A DNA stretch of 64,000 nucleotides, from assembly GCA_029261215.1 (NCBI GenBank), contig JAJDBT010000032.1, forward strand, positions 4,002-68,001, in the 5' to 3' direction. Positions 27,148 through 37,996 of this stretch are shown piece after piece. The number at the start of each line of letters is the position of its first letter. The first letter of the stretch is position 1. Both the position numbers and the translations under genes were made by a program. Below the pieces are notes generated by a model, which saw only the letters and a list, made by a program, of their open reading frames with translations, did not search any database and had not been told where the DNA came from. This DNA comes from Nitrospirota bacterium (GTDB lineage Bacteria; Nitrospirota; Nitrospiria; SBBL01; JAADHI01).

Positions 27148-27665
27148 AATTCTAACAAGCCTTCAATCGGATCAATGCATATCCGGTTTTGTTTTAAATC
27201 AACTTTTTTTACAAACTTTTCAATCATGGGAACCAGAAATTCGCCTTTCTCCCCATTTACAACAAAAATATCATTACTTCCCGTTTCGAGAATATCTGAG
27301 ATTGTGCCGAGAAAGACACCCGAGTGAGTATGAACCTCCATCCCTATTAAATCAGAATGAAAATAACTTCCCTCAGGAAGCACAATCCGTTCGGATTCGG
27401 GAACCTGAAGAAGCCCCCCTCTTAAGACATCGACTTCCCTGACACTCGTTAAACCCACAAAACTTAAATAGACAAAGGATACGCCATGCCTGACTTTTGA
27501 GATTTTAAGCTTGAATCGTTCCTGTACATTATTCAGAACCATCACCTCATCCAGCCCATCAAAACGTTCAGGAAAATCGGTCAACAGAGCAACCTTGACT
27601 TCCCCTTGAAGACCGACCGGCTTGAGAATCATCCCGATGGAAATAAACGCTTCTTCATCCGACAC
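27144..27665 (-). CDS. rimM: 16S rRNA processing protein RimM
   Basis: RimM N-terminal domain (IGMILKPVGLQGEVKV) and a PRC-barrel C-terminus. Operon position supports the call. Confidence 0.88.
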   Translation of the reverse strand: MSDEEAFISIGMILKPVGLQGEVKVALLTDFPERFDGLDEVMVLNNVQERFKLKISKVRHGVSFVYLSFVGLTSVREVDVLRGGLLQVPESERIVLPEGSYFHSDLIGMEVHTHSGVFLGTISDILETGSNDIFVVNGEKGEFLVPMIEKFVKKVDLKQNRICIDPIEGLLEL

Positions 27666-27911
27666 TTATTCTAAAATCTCAAGCACACATCTCTTCCCGA
27701 TTTTAGTCCCAGCAGCATTCAGAATTGTCCGCATCGCCCTGGCTGTTCGGCCTTGTTTACCAATAACCTTCCCCAAATCCTCCTGAGCCACCCTTAACTC
27801 TATAATCGTCGTCTTTTCACCCTCAGTATCTTTAACCTCAACACTTTCAGGCCGATCTACAAGCGATTTCGCAATATACTCAATTAAGTCTCTCATCGAC
27901 GCTACCTCCAT
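27666..27911 (-). CDS. KH-domain RNA-binding protein (YlqC/UPF0109)
   Basis: 81-aa protein carrying [24 protein letters not shown] (the GxxG KH motif). It lies between rpsP and rimM. Confidence 0.85.
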   Translation of the reverse strand: MEVASMRDLIEYIAKSLVDRPESVEVKDTEGEKTTIIELRVAQEDLGKVIGKQGRTARAMRTILNAAGTKIGKRCVLEILE

Positions 27912-27967
27912 TCGAGTTTTCAGGAGAGAGGGATCTTCTTAGGGAAAAGATGTCCTATCTTACCCGA

Positions 27968-28237
27968 TTATGATGCATTCTGTTCCGACGCCTGCTTAAA
28001 CAATTGCGATTTTTTGAAAATTGATTTCACTGTGTCCGAAGGTAAGGCTCCCTTGTTTAACCAATGAATCGCACGATCTGCCTGAACCTTCACGGCTGCT
28101 TCGGCTCCCAAAGGATCATACGTTCCTAAAATTTCAATAAATTTTCCGTCTCTTGGAGACTCAGCATCTGCCACGACCACCCTATAAAACGGTCGTTTAT
28201 GTCTACCCATTCGCGCTAATCTTATTCTAACTGCCAT
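27968..28237 (-). CDS. rpsP: 30S ribosomal protein S16
   Basis: [35 protein letters not shown] is the canonical S16 sequence. Confidence 0.95.
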   Translation of the reverse strand: MAVRIRLARMGRHKRPFYRVVVADAESPRDGKFIEILGTYDPLGAEAAVKVQADRAIHWLNKGALPSDTVKSIFKKSQLFKQASEQNAS

Positions 28238-28346
28238 CTAAATATCCTTTTTATGGTTAATATCAGGTTTTTTCTAGACCACCTGATCCGTTTTGATGTG
28301 CTCTTGAATGAAATATCAAGAGCACCCTAATTTAGGCCCGCCCTGA

Positions 28347-29684
28347 TTAAAAAGGCATCATCCCTCGCCCCATGCCCATTCCACCGCCTTTTCCAGATGA
28401 CATCCGCTTCATCATCTTTTTTGCTTGGTAAAACTGTTTTAAGAGGCGGTTCAGTTCTGGAACTGATGTCCCGCTTCCCCTGGAAATACGTTTCCGGCGG
28501 CTCCCATTAATGACACCAGGATCCCGCCGTTCCCTCAAAGTCATTGATGAAATCATTGCTTGAACGGATTTCATTTCTCTCTCTATCTTCGCCTGATCCG
28601 GAAGGGCCTTCATCCGCTGCATCCCAGGAATCATTTCCATTAACTTTGCTGCGCCGCCCATCTTCTTCATCTGCTTCAATTGATCACTAAAATCATCCAG
28701 CGTAAACTTATCGGTTCTTAGCTTGCCTTCAAGAAGCGCGGCTTCCTCTTTATCAACATTCTGCTCTGCAAGTTCAACAAGTGAAAGGACATCACCCATC
28801 CCCAAAATACGAGAAGCCATTCGATCCGGGTGAAACAGCTCCAGGGCATCTAGTTTTTCGCCCGTTCCAATAAACCGGACAGGCGCACCCGTCACCGCAC
28901 GGATCGAAAGAATCGCTCCGCCTCGGGCATCTCCTTCTGTTTTTGTTAAAACAACTCCGGATAGGCCCAATTTTTTGTGGAAGGTATCTGCAACATTCAC
29001 CGCCGCCTGACCCGTCATGGCATCCGCAACCAACAATATTTCATCCGGAGAAACGGCGGCTTTCATCACAGAAAGCTCCTCCATTAAAGACTCGTCCACT
29101 TCAAGACGTCCGGCCGTATCAATCACAACCACATCAAAACCATGGGCTTTTCCGTAATCAATGCCATTCTTTGCCGCAGCGACCGGATCTTTTTCTCCAT
29201 CGGGAAGCACAACATGGACTTCGATGGATTTCCCTAAGGTTTCTAGCTGATCAACTGCAGCAGGACGCTGAAGATCCGCCGCAACCAGCGCCACGCGTTT
29301 TGATTTATCTCTGAAATACCGCGCAATTTTACCCGCGCTTGTTGTTTTTCCAGAACCTTGCAGACCCACCAGCATCACCACGGTCGGTGGCTTTGAGGCC
29401 AAAGCAATGCCCTTGCTCTGACCTCCCATCAACTGAGTCAGTTCATCCGAAACAATTTTGACGACTTGTTGCCCTGGGGTTAAACTTTCAAGAACCACTT
29501 TTCCAACGGCTTTTTCCCGTACGGCTTCGCAAAAAGATTTGGCCACCTTAAAATGGACATCCGACTCCAGGAGAACCAGACGAACTTCCCGGAGAGTTTC
29601 ATCTATATTTGCTTCAGTCAAAAGACCACGACCACGGATCTTCTTGAACAGCTTCTCAAGCCGCTTTGAAATATTTTCGAGCAT
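28347..29684 (-). CDS. ffh: Signal recognition particle protein Ffh
   Basis: N domain, G domain (GLQGSGKTT, DTAGR, TKTEGDARGG) and a Met-rich M domain. Confidence 0.95.
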   Translation of the reverse strand: MLENISKRLEKLFKKIRGRGLLTEANIDETLREVRLVLLESDVHFKVAKSFCEAVREKAVGKVVLESLTPGQQVVKIVSDELTQLMGGQSKGIALASKPPTVVMLVGLQGSGKTTSAGKIARYFRDKSKRVALVAADLQRPAAVDQLETLGKSIEVHVVLPDGEKDPVAAAKNGIDYGKAHGFDVVVIDTAGRLEVDESLMEELSVMKAAVSPDEILLVADAMTGQAAVNVADTFHKKLGLSGVVLTKTEGDARGGAILSIRAVTGAPVRFIGTGEKLDALELFHPDRMASRILGMGDVLSLVELAEQNVDKEEAALLEGKLRTDKFTLDDFSDQLKQMKKMGGAAKLMEMIPGMQRMKALPDQAKIEREMKSVQAMISSMTLRERRDPGVINGSRRKRISRGSGTSVPELNRLLKQFYQAKKMMKRMSSGKGGGMGMGRGMMPF

Positions 29685-29850
29685 GATGAGGAAAATGTCT
29701 CCGACGAAAAATAGGTCGATTATAATAACGAACCCAATTTAAAGTCAAGGCAAATAGAGTGCTTTTGGCATGGATCAAGGATCCCCAAATTATGTGGTAT
29801 TATAGAGTACTGATTGAGAGGAACCACCTCATTCCACACAAATAGACGCT

Positions 29851-30600
29851 ATGTCAGATTACCCACGCAAACATCAGACAATACCAGACACACACTTCCT
29901 TCAAGAGATTAACCTGGACGAAGCCATTCACCTCATTTGTCATGCAGGCTATCCTGACCCAAGAGAATGTGTTTCTTCTGAAAATACGACACAATTACTC
30001 CAGCGTGTTATTGATGATTTATGCACCTTGTCCATGCACGACGGATTGACTGGCCTGAGCAATCTCCGCTATTTTCAAATTGCCCTAAAACGAGAGACTC
30101 ACCGGGCGGCACGAGACGGCACTCCCTGCTCGCTTCTGATGATCGACATGGATCACTTTAAATTAGTCAATGATACCTATGGTCACCCCGTGGGTGATCA
30201 GGCCTTGATCTTTGTGGCCAAACTCCTCAAAAAGGGGATTCGCCCCGGAGATACACTTGCCCGTTATGGAGGGGAGGAATTTGCGGTCATTCTTCCAAAC
30301 TGCTCTTTACAATACGCCATACAGGTTGCGGAGCGATTGAGACATGCGACTGAACAGGCATCCATTCCCATTGCAGGAAAACAACCGCTCTCCTTTACAA
30401 TCAGCATCGGGGTGGCTGAAATCCGGGACACACCGAAACCAGACCTCAAGCGCCTTGTAAAAACCGCAGACGAGGCCCTTTATGAAGCCAAGTCATTGGG
30501 ACGCAACCGCATCGCGTACGAAGCACCCATCACCACAAAAATTTCGTCCGAAGAAAAAAAGGGTTTATTCAAGCACAAACATCGCAAAAAGGGAAAATAA
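29851..30600 (+). CDS. Diguanylate cyclase (GGDEF domain, short N-terminal region)
   Basis: GGEEF active site (RYGGEEF) with an RxxD I-site (RPGD) five residues upstream, plus the metal-binding IDMDHFKLVND. Confidence 0.88.
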   Translation: MSDYPRKHQTIPDTHFLQEINLDEAIHLICHAGYPDPRECVSSENTTQLLQRVIDDLCTLSMHDGLTGLSNLRYFQIALKRETHRAARDGTPCSLLMIDMDHFKLVNDTYGHPVGDQALIFVAKLLKKGIRPGDTLARYGGEEFAVILPNCSLQYAIQVAERLRHATEQASIPIAGKQPLSFTISIGVAEIRDTPKPDLKRLVKTADEALYEAKSLGRNRIAYEAPITTKISSEEKKGLFKHKHRKKGK

Positions 30601-30630
30601 TCATATCCATCCTTCTGCGTCCTCAATGAA

Positions 30631-31764
30631 TCAGAACAGCCGAGGACAGTCGTCCAAACCCGAAAGACCTGAAACAATTTTTTGATGAGCGGTTGAAAAG
30701 GCATAATTCGAGAGACGATCCCGTCGAACCCACTTCAAAGGCAGATGAACCGGAACATCCCCGGCGATCCGCGCCGAAAAAACGTAAAGGGTCATTTTAA
30801 AGTGCGTAAAGACATGTCGAATGGTCATGAAGAGCTGCGCATCTTTAGGAGATTGATTGATTTCGTTTTTAAAAAATGCCTCAAACTGCGGCATGATTGA
30901 TTCTTTCACCAAGGCGTCCTCAAGACGCATACCCGGAAATTCCCAAAGACCCGCCAACAATCCTTTTAAGGGTCTGCGATGGATCAATACCGAATCTCCA
31001 CACACTAACAGCCCGGCAAAATAGTCATAATGCGGAACCTTCTTCCGCTTCTCCCTCATCGGCAACTCGCCCTGAAGCCCCAGGGCTCTTGCTTCGCAAT
31101 GTTTTTCCACCGGGCAGGATAAACAATCCGGGTGTTTTGGCGAGCAAACCGTGGCCCCCAGATCCATAATAGCCTGCAAATAGATCCCGGACAACCGCTT
31201 TGTTGGCATGAGCTTTTCAGAGCACAACCAGAGCCAGGCATCGACAGACTTCTCACGGGGATCTTGAGAAACCGCAAAAAATCGACAAAGCACCCTCCGA
31301 ACATTGCCGTCAAGAATCGGATACCGCTTTTTAAAGGCAATCGTCAAAATCGCCCCTGCGGTGGAACGACCAATGCCCGGGAGACTCATTAATGCCTCAA
31401 AAGTGTCGGGCAAGTTTCCGGAAAACCGCGCGACAACCTCAAGCGCTGCGCGGTGCAGATGGCGTGCACGGGCATAATAGCCCAGCCCCTGCCACAACTT
31501 GAGGACTTTTTCCAGATCGGCTGCGGCAAGATCCGCAATGGTGGGAAAGACCTTTAGAAATCGATCATAATAAGGACGGACGGTCGCCACCTGTGTCTGC
31601 TGAAGCATGATTTCTGAGACCCAAATGGCATAAGGCGTGACTTCGGCACGCCACGGCAAATCCCGCCCCGAAGCGTCGTACCACTGAAGCAAAGGACGGG
31701 TAAATCGAGTCCGGGTTTTGGCATCAATGACCCGTTCCCTCACCCTGCTCGCCTTTGCTTTCAT
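30631..31764 (-). CDS. mutY: A/G-specific adenine DNA glycosylase MutY
   Basis: HhH-GPD segment ([13 protein letters not shown]), a 4Fe-4S cluster loop ([17 protein letters not shown]) and a C-terminal NUDIX-like domain. Confidence 0.9.
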   Translation of the reverse strand: MKAKASRVRERVIDAKTRTRFTRPLLQWYDASGRDLPWRAEVTPYAIWVSEIMLQQTQVATVRPYYDRFLKVFPTIADLAAADLEKVLKLWQGLGYYARARHLHRAALEVVARFSGNLPDTFEALMSLPGIGRSTAGAILTIAFKKRYPILDGNVRRVLCRFFAVSQDPREKSVDAWLWLCSEKLMPTKRLSGIYLQAIMDLGATVCSPKHPDCLSCPVEKHCEARALGLQGELPMREKRKKVPHYDYFAGLLVCGDSVLIHRRPLKGLLAGLWEFPGMRLEDALVKESIMPQFEAFFKNEINQSPKDAQLFMTIRHVFTHFKMTLYVFSARIAGDVPVHLPLKWVRRDRLSNYAFSTAHQKIVSGLSGLDDCPRLF

Positions 31765-32404
31765 CTTCCTCTTTTTTTACACACTTCTCATGAACTTCGT
31801 GTTTCAGCTCCAACAGCTGAAGCTCCAACAACTTAAAGCGATCGGAAATCGGGTCACGCATTTTTGAATGATCCAAATCCCCTTCAGAACTTCGGCGGCG
31901 AATCACTTTCCCTGGAATCCCGACAACAGTCGAATGATCCGGTATGGGTTTGAGTACCACAGAATTCGCCCCGATGCGAACATGGCTCCCGACAATAATG
32001 GCTCCCAGAACCTTGGCGCCCGCACCCACAATCACGTGATCTCCCAAGGTCGGGTGCCGCTTCCCTGGCTCCTTACCTGTCCCGCCCAGCGTTACGCCCT
32101 GATAAAGCGTGACATGATCCCCAATCTCGGCCGTCTCCCCGATCACCACGCCCATGCCGTGATCAATAAAAAACCCTCGGCCAATCACGGCGGCGGGATG
32201 AATTTCTATGCCGGTTAAAAATCGGGAAAGATGAGAAATCAGACGCGGCAGGACAGGAACATGAAGACGACAAAGCCCATGCGCCAAGCGATGGAGTAAA
32301 ACTGCGTGCAGCCCCGAATAGGTCAGTAAAATTTCAATCAGGCTTCGTGCCGCCGGATCACGATCACGAACCGCCTGAATATCCCCTCTAACCGTCTGAA
32401 ACAT
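31724..32404 (-). CDS. cysE: Serine O-acetyltransferase with an acidic/coiled-coil C-terminal tail
   Basis: [21 protein letters not shown] is a typical SAT N-terminus, followed by hexapeptide repeats ([26 protein letters not shown]...). The start is set at ATG 32404; the track extends to 32479. A tail of about 55 aa (..[30 protein letters not shown]) overlaps the mutY start by 41 nt. Confidence 0.85.
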   Translation of the reverse strand: MFQTVRGDIQAVRDRDPAARSLIEILLTYSGLHAVLLHRLAHGLCRLHVPVLPRLISHLSRFLTGIEIHPAAVIGRGFFIDHGMGVVIGETAEIGDHVTLYQGVTLGGTGKEPGKRHPTLGDHVIVGAGAKVLGAIIVGSHVRIGANSVVLKPIPDHSTVVGIPGKVIRRRSSEGDLDHSKMRDPISDRFKLLELQLLELKHEVHEKCVKKEEDESKGEQGEGTGH

Positions 32405-32882
32405 GACGTACTTTCTCAAGCAAACAAACCGCTTGCGCCGCAATGCCTTCGCCGCGGCCAATAAAACCCAGCTTTTCAAGGGTTGTGCCCTTCACATTGA
32501 TTTCGTCGGGCGTCATCAAAAGCGTGCGCGCGATTTTTTGCTTCATTTCGTCCACATAGGGCAATATTTTAGGGGCTTCGGCCATCACAACGCTATCACA
32601 ATTCACAACCCGGTATCCCTGGTCTACAATCATTTTTGAAACAATTTCAAGGAGCCTTAAACTGGAAATACCTTTCCATCGTGGATCTCCCGGCTGAAAA
32701 TGCCGTCCAATATCCCCGGCGCCGATCGCACCCAGCAATGCGTCGGAGATGGCGTGAAGCAGCACATCTCCATCCGAATAGCCTTTCAGCCCCTTTTCAT
32801 AAGGGATCTGAACACCGCCAATGAAACAGGGAAGCCCCCTTTCAAGTGGATGCACATCATATCCGATTCCCACACGCATCAT
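32388..32882 (-). CDS. ispF: 2-C-methyl-D-erythritol 2,4-cyclodiphosphate synthase
   Basis: [10 protein letters not shown]..., [11 protein letters not shown]-like ([18 protein letters not shown]). The start ATG overlaps the ispD stop (ATGATG context). Confidence 0.92.
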   Translation of the reverse strand: MMRVGIGYDVHPLERGLPCFIGGVQIPYEKGLKGYSDGDVLLHAISDALLGAIGAGDIGRHFQPGDPRWKGISSLRLLEIVSKMIVDQGYRVVNCDSVVMAEAPKILPYVDEMKQKIARTLLMTPDEINVKGTTLEKLGFIGRGEGIAAQAVCLLEKVRHVSDG

Positions 32883-33586
32883 GAAACAACCTTCACCACA
32901 ATCCCCTCGCGTACCCATGATTCGGCGATTTTCAAATCAGCGCGCTCCGTAATTTTAATATTTTGTGCCGGGCCTTCCACACACAATATCGGATGACCCA
33001 AGCGCTCTACAATCATCGCATCGTCCGTCGCGATCACCCCATCCGACAACGCCTTTCGATAGGCCTCCACCAATAGCGACAAACGAAACACCTGAGGGGT
33101 CTGCATCGCCCAGAGGTTTTCTCTCGGAATACTGCGCTGAATCAGACCCTCAGCGGAAACTTCTTTTAAGGAATCGGTCACACGGCGTGCCGCGACAACG
33201 GCACCACAAACCCTGGCCTGCCGAACCAGCGTGGCGACCAAATCAAGACTTAAAAAGGGACGTGCCCCGTCATGAACCAGGACAAGATCGTCCGAGAATT
33301 TGTCTTTTTCAAGATCAAAGAGCGCCTCAGCCACAGAATCCTGACGCGCTGCGCCGCCCGCCACAACTTTTTTGACTTTGGACAAGGGATACTTCGAAAT
33401 GATTTCTTCTGTAAAAACCCGATCTTCTTTGGGCACAACACAAATAATTTCATCAACACAAGATGCCCTTTGAAACAGGGACAGACTATGCACAAAAACA
33501 GGGTGCCCCGCCAAATCTAAAAACTGCTTTTTTTCTCCAAAACGGCGGCCTGATCCGGCCGCAAGGACAATGGCAACAGCGGTCAA
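32879..33586 (-). CDS. ispD: 2-C-methyl-D-erythritol 4-phosphate cytidylyltransferase
   Basis: AIVLAAGSGRRFG P-loop-like motif and VLVHDGARPF. Confidence 0.92.
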   Translation of the reverse strand: MTAVAIVLAAGSGRRFGEKKQFLDLAGHPVFVHSLSLFQRASCVDEIICVVPKEDRVFTEEIISKYPLSKVKKVVAGGAARQDSVAEALFDLEKDKFSDDLVLVHDGARPFLSLDLVATLVRQARVCGAVVAARRVTDSLKEVSAEGLIQRSIPRENLWAMQTPQVFRLSLLVEAYRKALSDGVIATDDAMIVERLGHPILCVEGPAQNIKITERADLKIAESWVREGIVVKVVS

Positions 33587-34698
33587 GGTTTCCCCGCCAA
33601 ACGGCTGGCTTCCTGGGCGGCTGCATCAGAGATGTGCGTATCAGCCGCTCCTCTGCCGGATAGTGACTCCGCTTGGGCTTCTTCACGAAAGCGGCTAAAA
33701 ATCATTCGGCCCGCCGGAGTCTGGAGCACACTGGTCACGGTAATTTCTATTGTTTTTCCGATGAATTTTCTCGCATCATCAATAACAATCATCGTACCAT
33801 CATCCAGATAGGCAATCCCCTGCCCGAGTTCTTTTCCTTCTTTCAAGACAAAAACCCGCATCAATTCTCCGGGAAGCACTACGGGTTTTAATGCGTTGCA
33901 CAGTTGGTTGATATTTAAAACCCGCACCCCCTGAAGCTCTGCCACTTTATTGAGATTAAGATCATTTGTGATGACTTTGGCATTAATCGCTTTCCCAAGC
34001 GCGACGATTTTGGAATCCACTTCACGGATCGAAGGAAAATCGGTATCCACGATACGAATCTCGATATCAGGCATCTGCTGAAGCCGGTGCAACACATCAA
34101 GCCCTCGACGACCGCGTGCACGTTTCATCGAATCCGAGGAATCGGCAATATGCTGCAACTCTTGCAGGATAAACTGCGGCGTGATAAACGCGCCTTCCAA
34201 AAAACCCGTCTCACACAAGTCCCCGATGCGGCCATCAATAATCACACTGGTATCTAAAATCTTGAGACTGCCCGCAGTCCCGGGTGTCGTTAACTGCTTT
34301 TCAGCAGGTCGCGGCGAAAAAAGACGCGGATCCTCTTCAACTCTTAGAAGCAGAACCGTTCCGGCATATGAAAAGAACAAAAGAGATAGCCCCTTCCAAG
34401 CAAAAGAAGTCACCGGAGAAACCCCAAAAAACGGACTAATTACGGTATTAATCAATGTCCCGGCAAACAATCCCGCGACAAACCCGATGGCCCCCCAGGT
34501 GATGCGTTTTATATTTTTTTTCTTCAGGGAGAGAGAAAAAAAGATCAGCGCAACACCAAAAACAAAACCCCCGACTGCGCCGCCGTAAGCGATATTTTCT
34601 CGAAACTCTGACGCAACTGAATACCCGACAAAGGTACTGATCAGGATAAAGAACAAATGAACAATATGATCGATTTTCATAGTACTGCTCCTTTTCAC
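33583..34698 (-). CDS. Membrane-anchored PIN/TRAM domain protein (YacL-like)
   Basis: Four N-terminal TM helices, a PIN domain (ILDTSVIIDGRI) and a C-terminal TRAM-like segment (GKTIEITVTSVLQTPAGRMIFSRF). Synteny is yacL-ispD-ispF. Confidence 0.75.
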   Translation of the reverse strand: MKRSSTMKIDHIVHLFFILISTFVGYSVASEFRENIAYGGAVGGFVFGVALIFFSLSLKKKNIKRITWGAIGFVAGLFAGTLINTVISPFFGVSPVTSFAWKGLSLLFFSYAGTVLLLRVEEDPRLFSPRPAEKQLTTPGTAGSLKILDTSVIIDGRIGDLCETGFLEGAFITPQFILQELQHIADSSDSMKRARGRRGLDVLHRLQQMPDIEIRIVDTDFPSIREVDSKIVALGKAINAKVITNDLNLNKVAELQGVRVLNINQLCNALKPVVLPGELMRVFVLKEGKELGQGIAYLDDGTMIVIDDARKFIGKTIEITVTSVLQTPAGRMIFSRFREEAQAESLSGRGAADTHISDAAAQEASRLAGKP

Positions 34699-34777
34699 TT
34701 ACAATGAAAAAGGTAAGAGACAAGCCTTCACTTATAATGTGCATTTAAATGTAGTATATAAAAATTAGAGAGGTTTG

Positions 34778-36271
34778 TTAAGGGGCAACTGTTAAAAATA
34801 AAGTTCGGTCTCCCCGACGCACCAACAGAAGCACGGGATGCGCCTTATCAACACTAGAAAGCGCATCTTCATAATCCTCAAGATCCCGGATCGGCACGCG
34901 GTTCACTTCCATAATAATGTCTCCGCGCCTTATTCCCGATTCAGCAGCGGGGCTCCCCGGTGCAACTGTCAAAACCACAACCCCTTGCTGGGCCTTTTCC
35001 AGATCAAACTCTTTCGCCAACTCCTCCGTCAAAGAACTGACCGTCATTCCCCCCAGCAGGACGGGGCGCTTTTGCCTGGGCTCACTGGAGCGGCTCTTCT
35101 TTACAAAAAGATCATTGGGCTGTATTTCAATAATGACGTTTAGATCCGCTTTTTCCTGATTTCGAATAATTTCAACCGCGACATGGTCTCCCGCCAGGGC
35201 TTTTGCGACAATATGCCGCAGCTGATTGGTATCCTCAACCGGTTCTCCGGCAAAAGAAAGAATGACATCCCCAGTCTGAAAACCTGCTTTTTCTGCAGGA
35301 CTCCCTGCCATCACCTCACTCACCAGGGCCCCCTTGGTTTCTTTTAATCCCAATCCCTGAGCAATTTGAGGGGTCACTTCCTGTATTGCAACGCCCAGCC
35401 AGCCCCGCACAACTTTTCCCGACTTGAGCAGGCTTCCAAGCACGGAACGCACCATGTCGCTTGGCACAGCAAAACCGATCCCCATATAACCGCCGCTCCG
35501 GGTAAAAATTGCGGTGTTAATGCCAACAAGTTCTCCCTGAATATTCACCATCGCCCCGCCAGAATTACCAGGATTAATCGCAGCATCGGTCTGAATAAAA
35601 TCTTCATAATCAGCCAATCCAATATTGGCCCGTCCCACAGCTGAAACGATCCCCATCGTTACCGTTTGGGTCAAACCAAAAGGGTTCCCGACTGCAAGAA
35701 TATATTCTCCGACCTGCAGTTTTGAGGAATTTCCCCAGGGAATCGTTGGCAACTCCTTTGCGTTAATGCGAACCAGGGCCAAGTCTGTCTTTGGATCTGT
35801 CCCGACCACTGTTCCGATAAACTCCCGTTTGTCCGACAACAGCACCATGATTTCATCCGCATCTTCAATCACGTGATTATTGGTAACGATCAAACCATCG
35901 GATTGGATAATGACGCCCGAACCGGAACCGTCGCCCTTTCGCTCGCCGGGTTTTTGTCTGCCAAAATTGTCCTCAAAAAATCGCCGCAGAGGTCCTTTTA
36001 AAGGCTCATCGGACGAAGGATCCGGTTTTATCCGGCGGGTTGTTGAGATATTCACCACGACCGGGGTCACCAACCTTGAAACAGCAACAAAGGCCTGCTC
36101 GCTCTTGATAATCCCGTTGGGCATGGGACGGGGAACCTCCGTCCCAACCGCTTCCCCCGCAGGAACGATACGGAACTTTGAGCTCAGCATCAGACCGGCA
36201 ATGACGCCCGCAAATAATAAAAAAGCGGAAAAGACGATCCGTCTCATTCCGCTCTGACTTCGTTTCGACAC
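34778..36271 (-). CDS. htrA: Periplasmic serine endoprotease DegP/DegQ (HtrA family, two PDZ domains)
   Basis: His/Asp/Ser triad context (TNNHVI, DLALVRI, GNSGGAMVN) and two PDZ domains (GDVILSFAG, GDIIMEVN). Confidence 0.9.
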   Translation of the reverse strand: MSKRSQSGMRRIVFSAFLLFAGVIAGLMLSSKFRIVPAGEAVGTEVPRPMPNGIIKSEQAFVAVSRLVTPVVVNISTTRRIKPDPSSDEPLKGPLRRFFEDNFGRQKPGERKGDGSGSGVIIQSDGLIVTNNHVIEDADEIMVLLSDKREFIGTVVGTDPKTDLALVRINAKELPTIPWGNSSKLQVGEYILAVGNPFGLTQTVTMGIVSAVGRANIGLADYEDFIQTDAAINPGNSGGAMVNIQGELVGINTAIFTRSGGYMGIGFAVPSDMVRSVLGSLLKSGKVVRGWLGVAIQEVTPQIAQGLGLKETKGALVSEVMAGSPAEKAGFQTGDVILSFAGEPVEDTNQLRHIVAKALAGDHVAVEIIRNQEKADLNVIIEIQPNDLFVKKSRSSEPRQKRPVLLGGMTVSSLTEELAKEFDLEKAQQGVVVLTVAPGSPAAESGIRRGDIIMEVNRVPIRDLEDYEDALSSVDKAHPVLLLVRRGDRTLFLTVAP

Positions 36272-36354
36272 TCAAACCCCTCTTTCAATCCAGACAATTT
36301 GTGATTATACTCTAGGCATTTTTCAGTTGTAAAGGTAATGAAAGGTTTAGATGA

Positions 36355-37761
36355 ATGTCCTCTTCAAAAGATCATAGCATCACATGGCAAAAAAAGGATC
36401 AGCAGCTCATTTGGCACCCCTTTACCCAAATGCGGGAATGGGAGCAAACCGCCCCCACAATTATTGTTTCGGGAGACGGCGTCTGGTTAACCGACATTGA
36501 AGGCAATCGCTTCCTTGACGGGACTTCTTCTCTTTGGGTCAACATTCACGGGCACCGCCATCCAAAAATTGATCAGGCACTGAAAGACCAAATCGATCAA
36601 ATTTCCCATTCGACGCTCCTGGGTCTGGCCAACCTTCCGTCTATCGCATTGGCTGAAAAGTTGATCCAGATTGCGCCAAGCTCCAACGAAACACCACACA
36701 AACTCTCAAAAGTGTTTTATTCCGATAATGGATCAACTGCTGTAGAGATCGCACTGAAGATCGCCTTTGGCTATTGGCAGCATCGTGGGAAACCCTATAC
36801 AACAAAGCAGAAATTCGTTTCATTTTCCAATGCCTATCATGGCGACACCATCGGGTCGGTCAGCTTGGGAGGAATAGACCTCTTCCACCGAGCCTATCAA
36901 CCCCTGCTCTTTGAAACCATTCAAGTCCCTGCACCCACCTGCTACCGCTGCCCTATTTCCCTCGAACACCCTTCCTGCGAAATGGCTTGTGTGGATGAAG
37001 TCGAAAAAATCATTCAAAAAAATGAAACGGAAATCGCGGGGCTTATCATCGAGCCGCTGATTCAAGCCGCCGCAGGCATGCTCACCGCCCCCGCAGGCTA
37101 CTTAAACAAAATCCGAACCCTCTGCACCCGATACGATATCCTCATGATCGCAGACGAAGTCGCGACCGGATTTGGGCGCACCGGGAAAATGTTTGCTTGT
37201 GAACATGAAGCCGTCGTGCCCGACCTCATGGCCATTTCAAAAGGCATTACCGGGGGGTATCTCCCACTGGCTGCAACCCTCACAACGCAAACAATCTATG
37301 ACGCTTTTTTGGGAGAATACGCCGAATTTAAAACCTTTTTTCATGGACACAGTTATACAGGCAACCCCCTCGGTTGTGCGGCAGCGATCGCAAATTTGGA
37401 TATTTTTGAAAGTGAAGATACACTCACACAACTTCAACATAAAATTCAGTTTGTTAAAGACACCATTAAAACCTGGAAGGACTGGCCATATGTCGGGGAA
37501 ATTCGCCAGGCAGGTTTCATGATCGCCATTGAGCTTGTCGCCGACAAAAAAAACAAAACCCCCTTTGCGCTGGAAAAACGGATTGGGGGTCGGGTTTGTG
37601 AGGCAGCCAAATCTCGCGGCCTGATCTTGCGTCCACTTGGAAATGTCGTCGTACTCATGCCGCCGCTTTCAATCGAAATGACCGATTTAGAGCAAATGCT
37701 TTTGATTTTGGGAAACGCAATCCAGGAAGGCATGATGAATATTCAAGAACCCGCTCTCTAA
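36355..37761 (+). CDS. bioA: Adenosylmethionine-8-amino-7-oxononanoate aminotransferase
   Basis: Class-III aminotransferase carrying LIWHPFTQM, SDNGSTAVE, ADEVATGFGRTG and a PLP Lys in AISKGITGGYLPLAA, the typical BioA pattern. Confidence 0.88.
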   Translation: MSSSKDHSITWQKKDQQLIWHPFTQMREWEQTAPTIIVSGDGVWLTDIEGNRFLDGTSSLWVNIHGHRHPKIDQALKDQIDQISHSTLLGLANLPSIALAEKLIQIAPSSNETPHKLSKVFYSDNGSTAVEIALKIAFGYWQHRGKPYTTKQKFVSFSNAYHGDTIGSVSLGGIDLFHRAYQPLLFETIQVPAPTCYRCPISLEHPSCEMACVDEVEKIIQKNETEIAGLIIEPLIQAAAGMLTAPAGYLNKIRTLCTRYDILMIADEVATGFGRTGKMFACEHEAVVPDLMAISKGITGGYLPLAATLTTQTIYDAFLGEYAEFKTFFHGHSYTGNPLGCAAAIANLDIFESEDTLTQLQHKIQFVKDTIKTWKDWPYVGEIRQAGFMIAIELVADKKNKTPFALEKRIGGRVCEAAKSRGLILRPLGNVVVLMPPLSIEMTDLEQMLLILGNAIQEGMMNIQEPAL

Positions 37762-37996
37762 GCCAACATCCGTTTCCTCAAGCCTTTGGCGATTACGCAT
37801 CTTTTAAAGATCTGAATGGTTAAGCGCATATCCCCTTACACCACTCAGAACCACATCCTTGCCAACAATTCATTAAACGGTATACTTACAAGTTATAAGT
37901 AAAATTTAGCTTTTCCACCTGAAGGCCCTTAGGATACAAATATCCTTGGATGAGGGAAGAGCAAGAGCCCTCGCGGCTTTCATCTAAGAGAAGTCC

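Noticed and set aside
28262-28325. Two hairpins (7-bp and perfect 10-bp stems, GTGCTCTTGA...TCAAGAGCAC) between ffh and rpsP; considered as a terminator or an rpsP leader element
   Set aside because: No U-tract follows on the transcribed (minus) strand, and I recognise no known S16 leader motif. They may be mRNA processing or stability structures, but the evidence is too thin for a feature call.
32405-32479. N-terminal extensions of ORF-track entries, such as cysE to 32479, ispF to 32918, secG to 63502, the SBP to 63201, the PpiD-like gene to 43914 and nirB to 7050
   Set aside because: Downstream starts give canonical family N-termini or signal peptides with better Shine-Dalgarno spacing. 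They also remove long overlaps with upstream genes. The extensions are treated as artefacts of calling the longest ORF.
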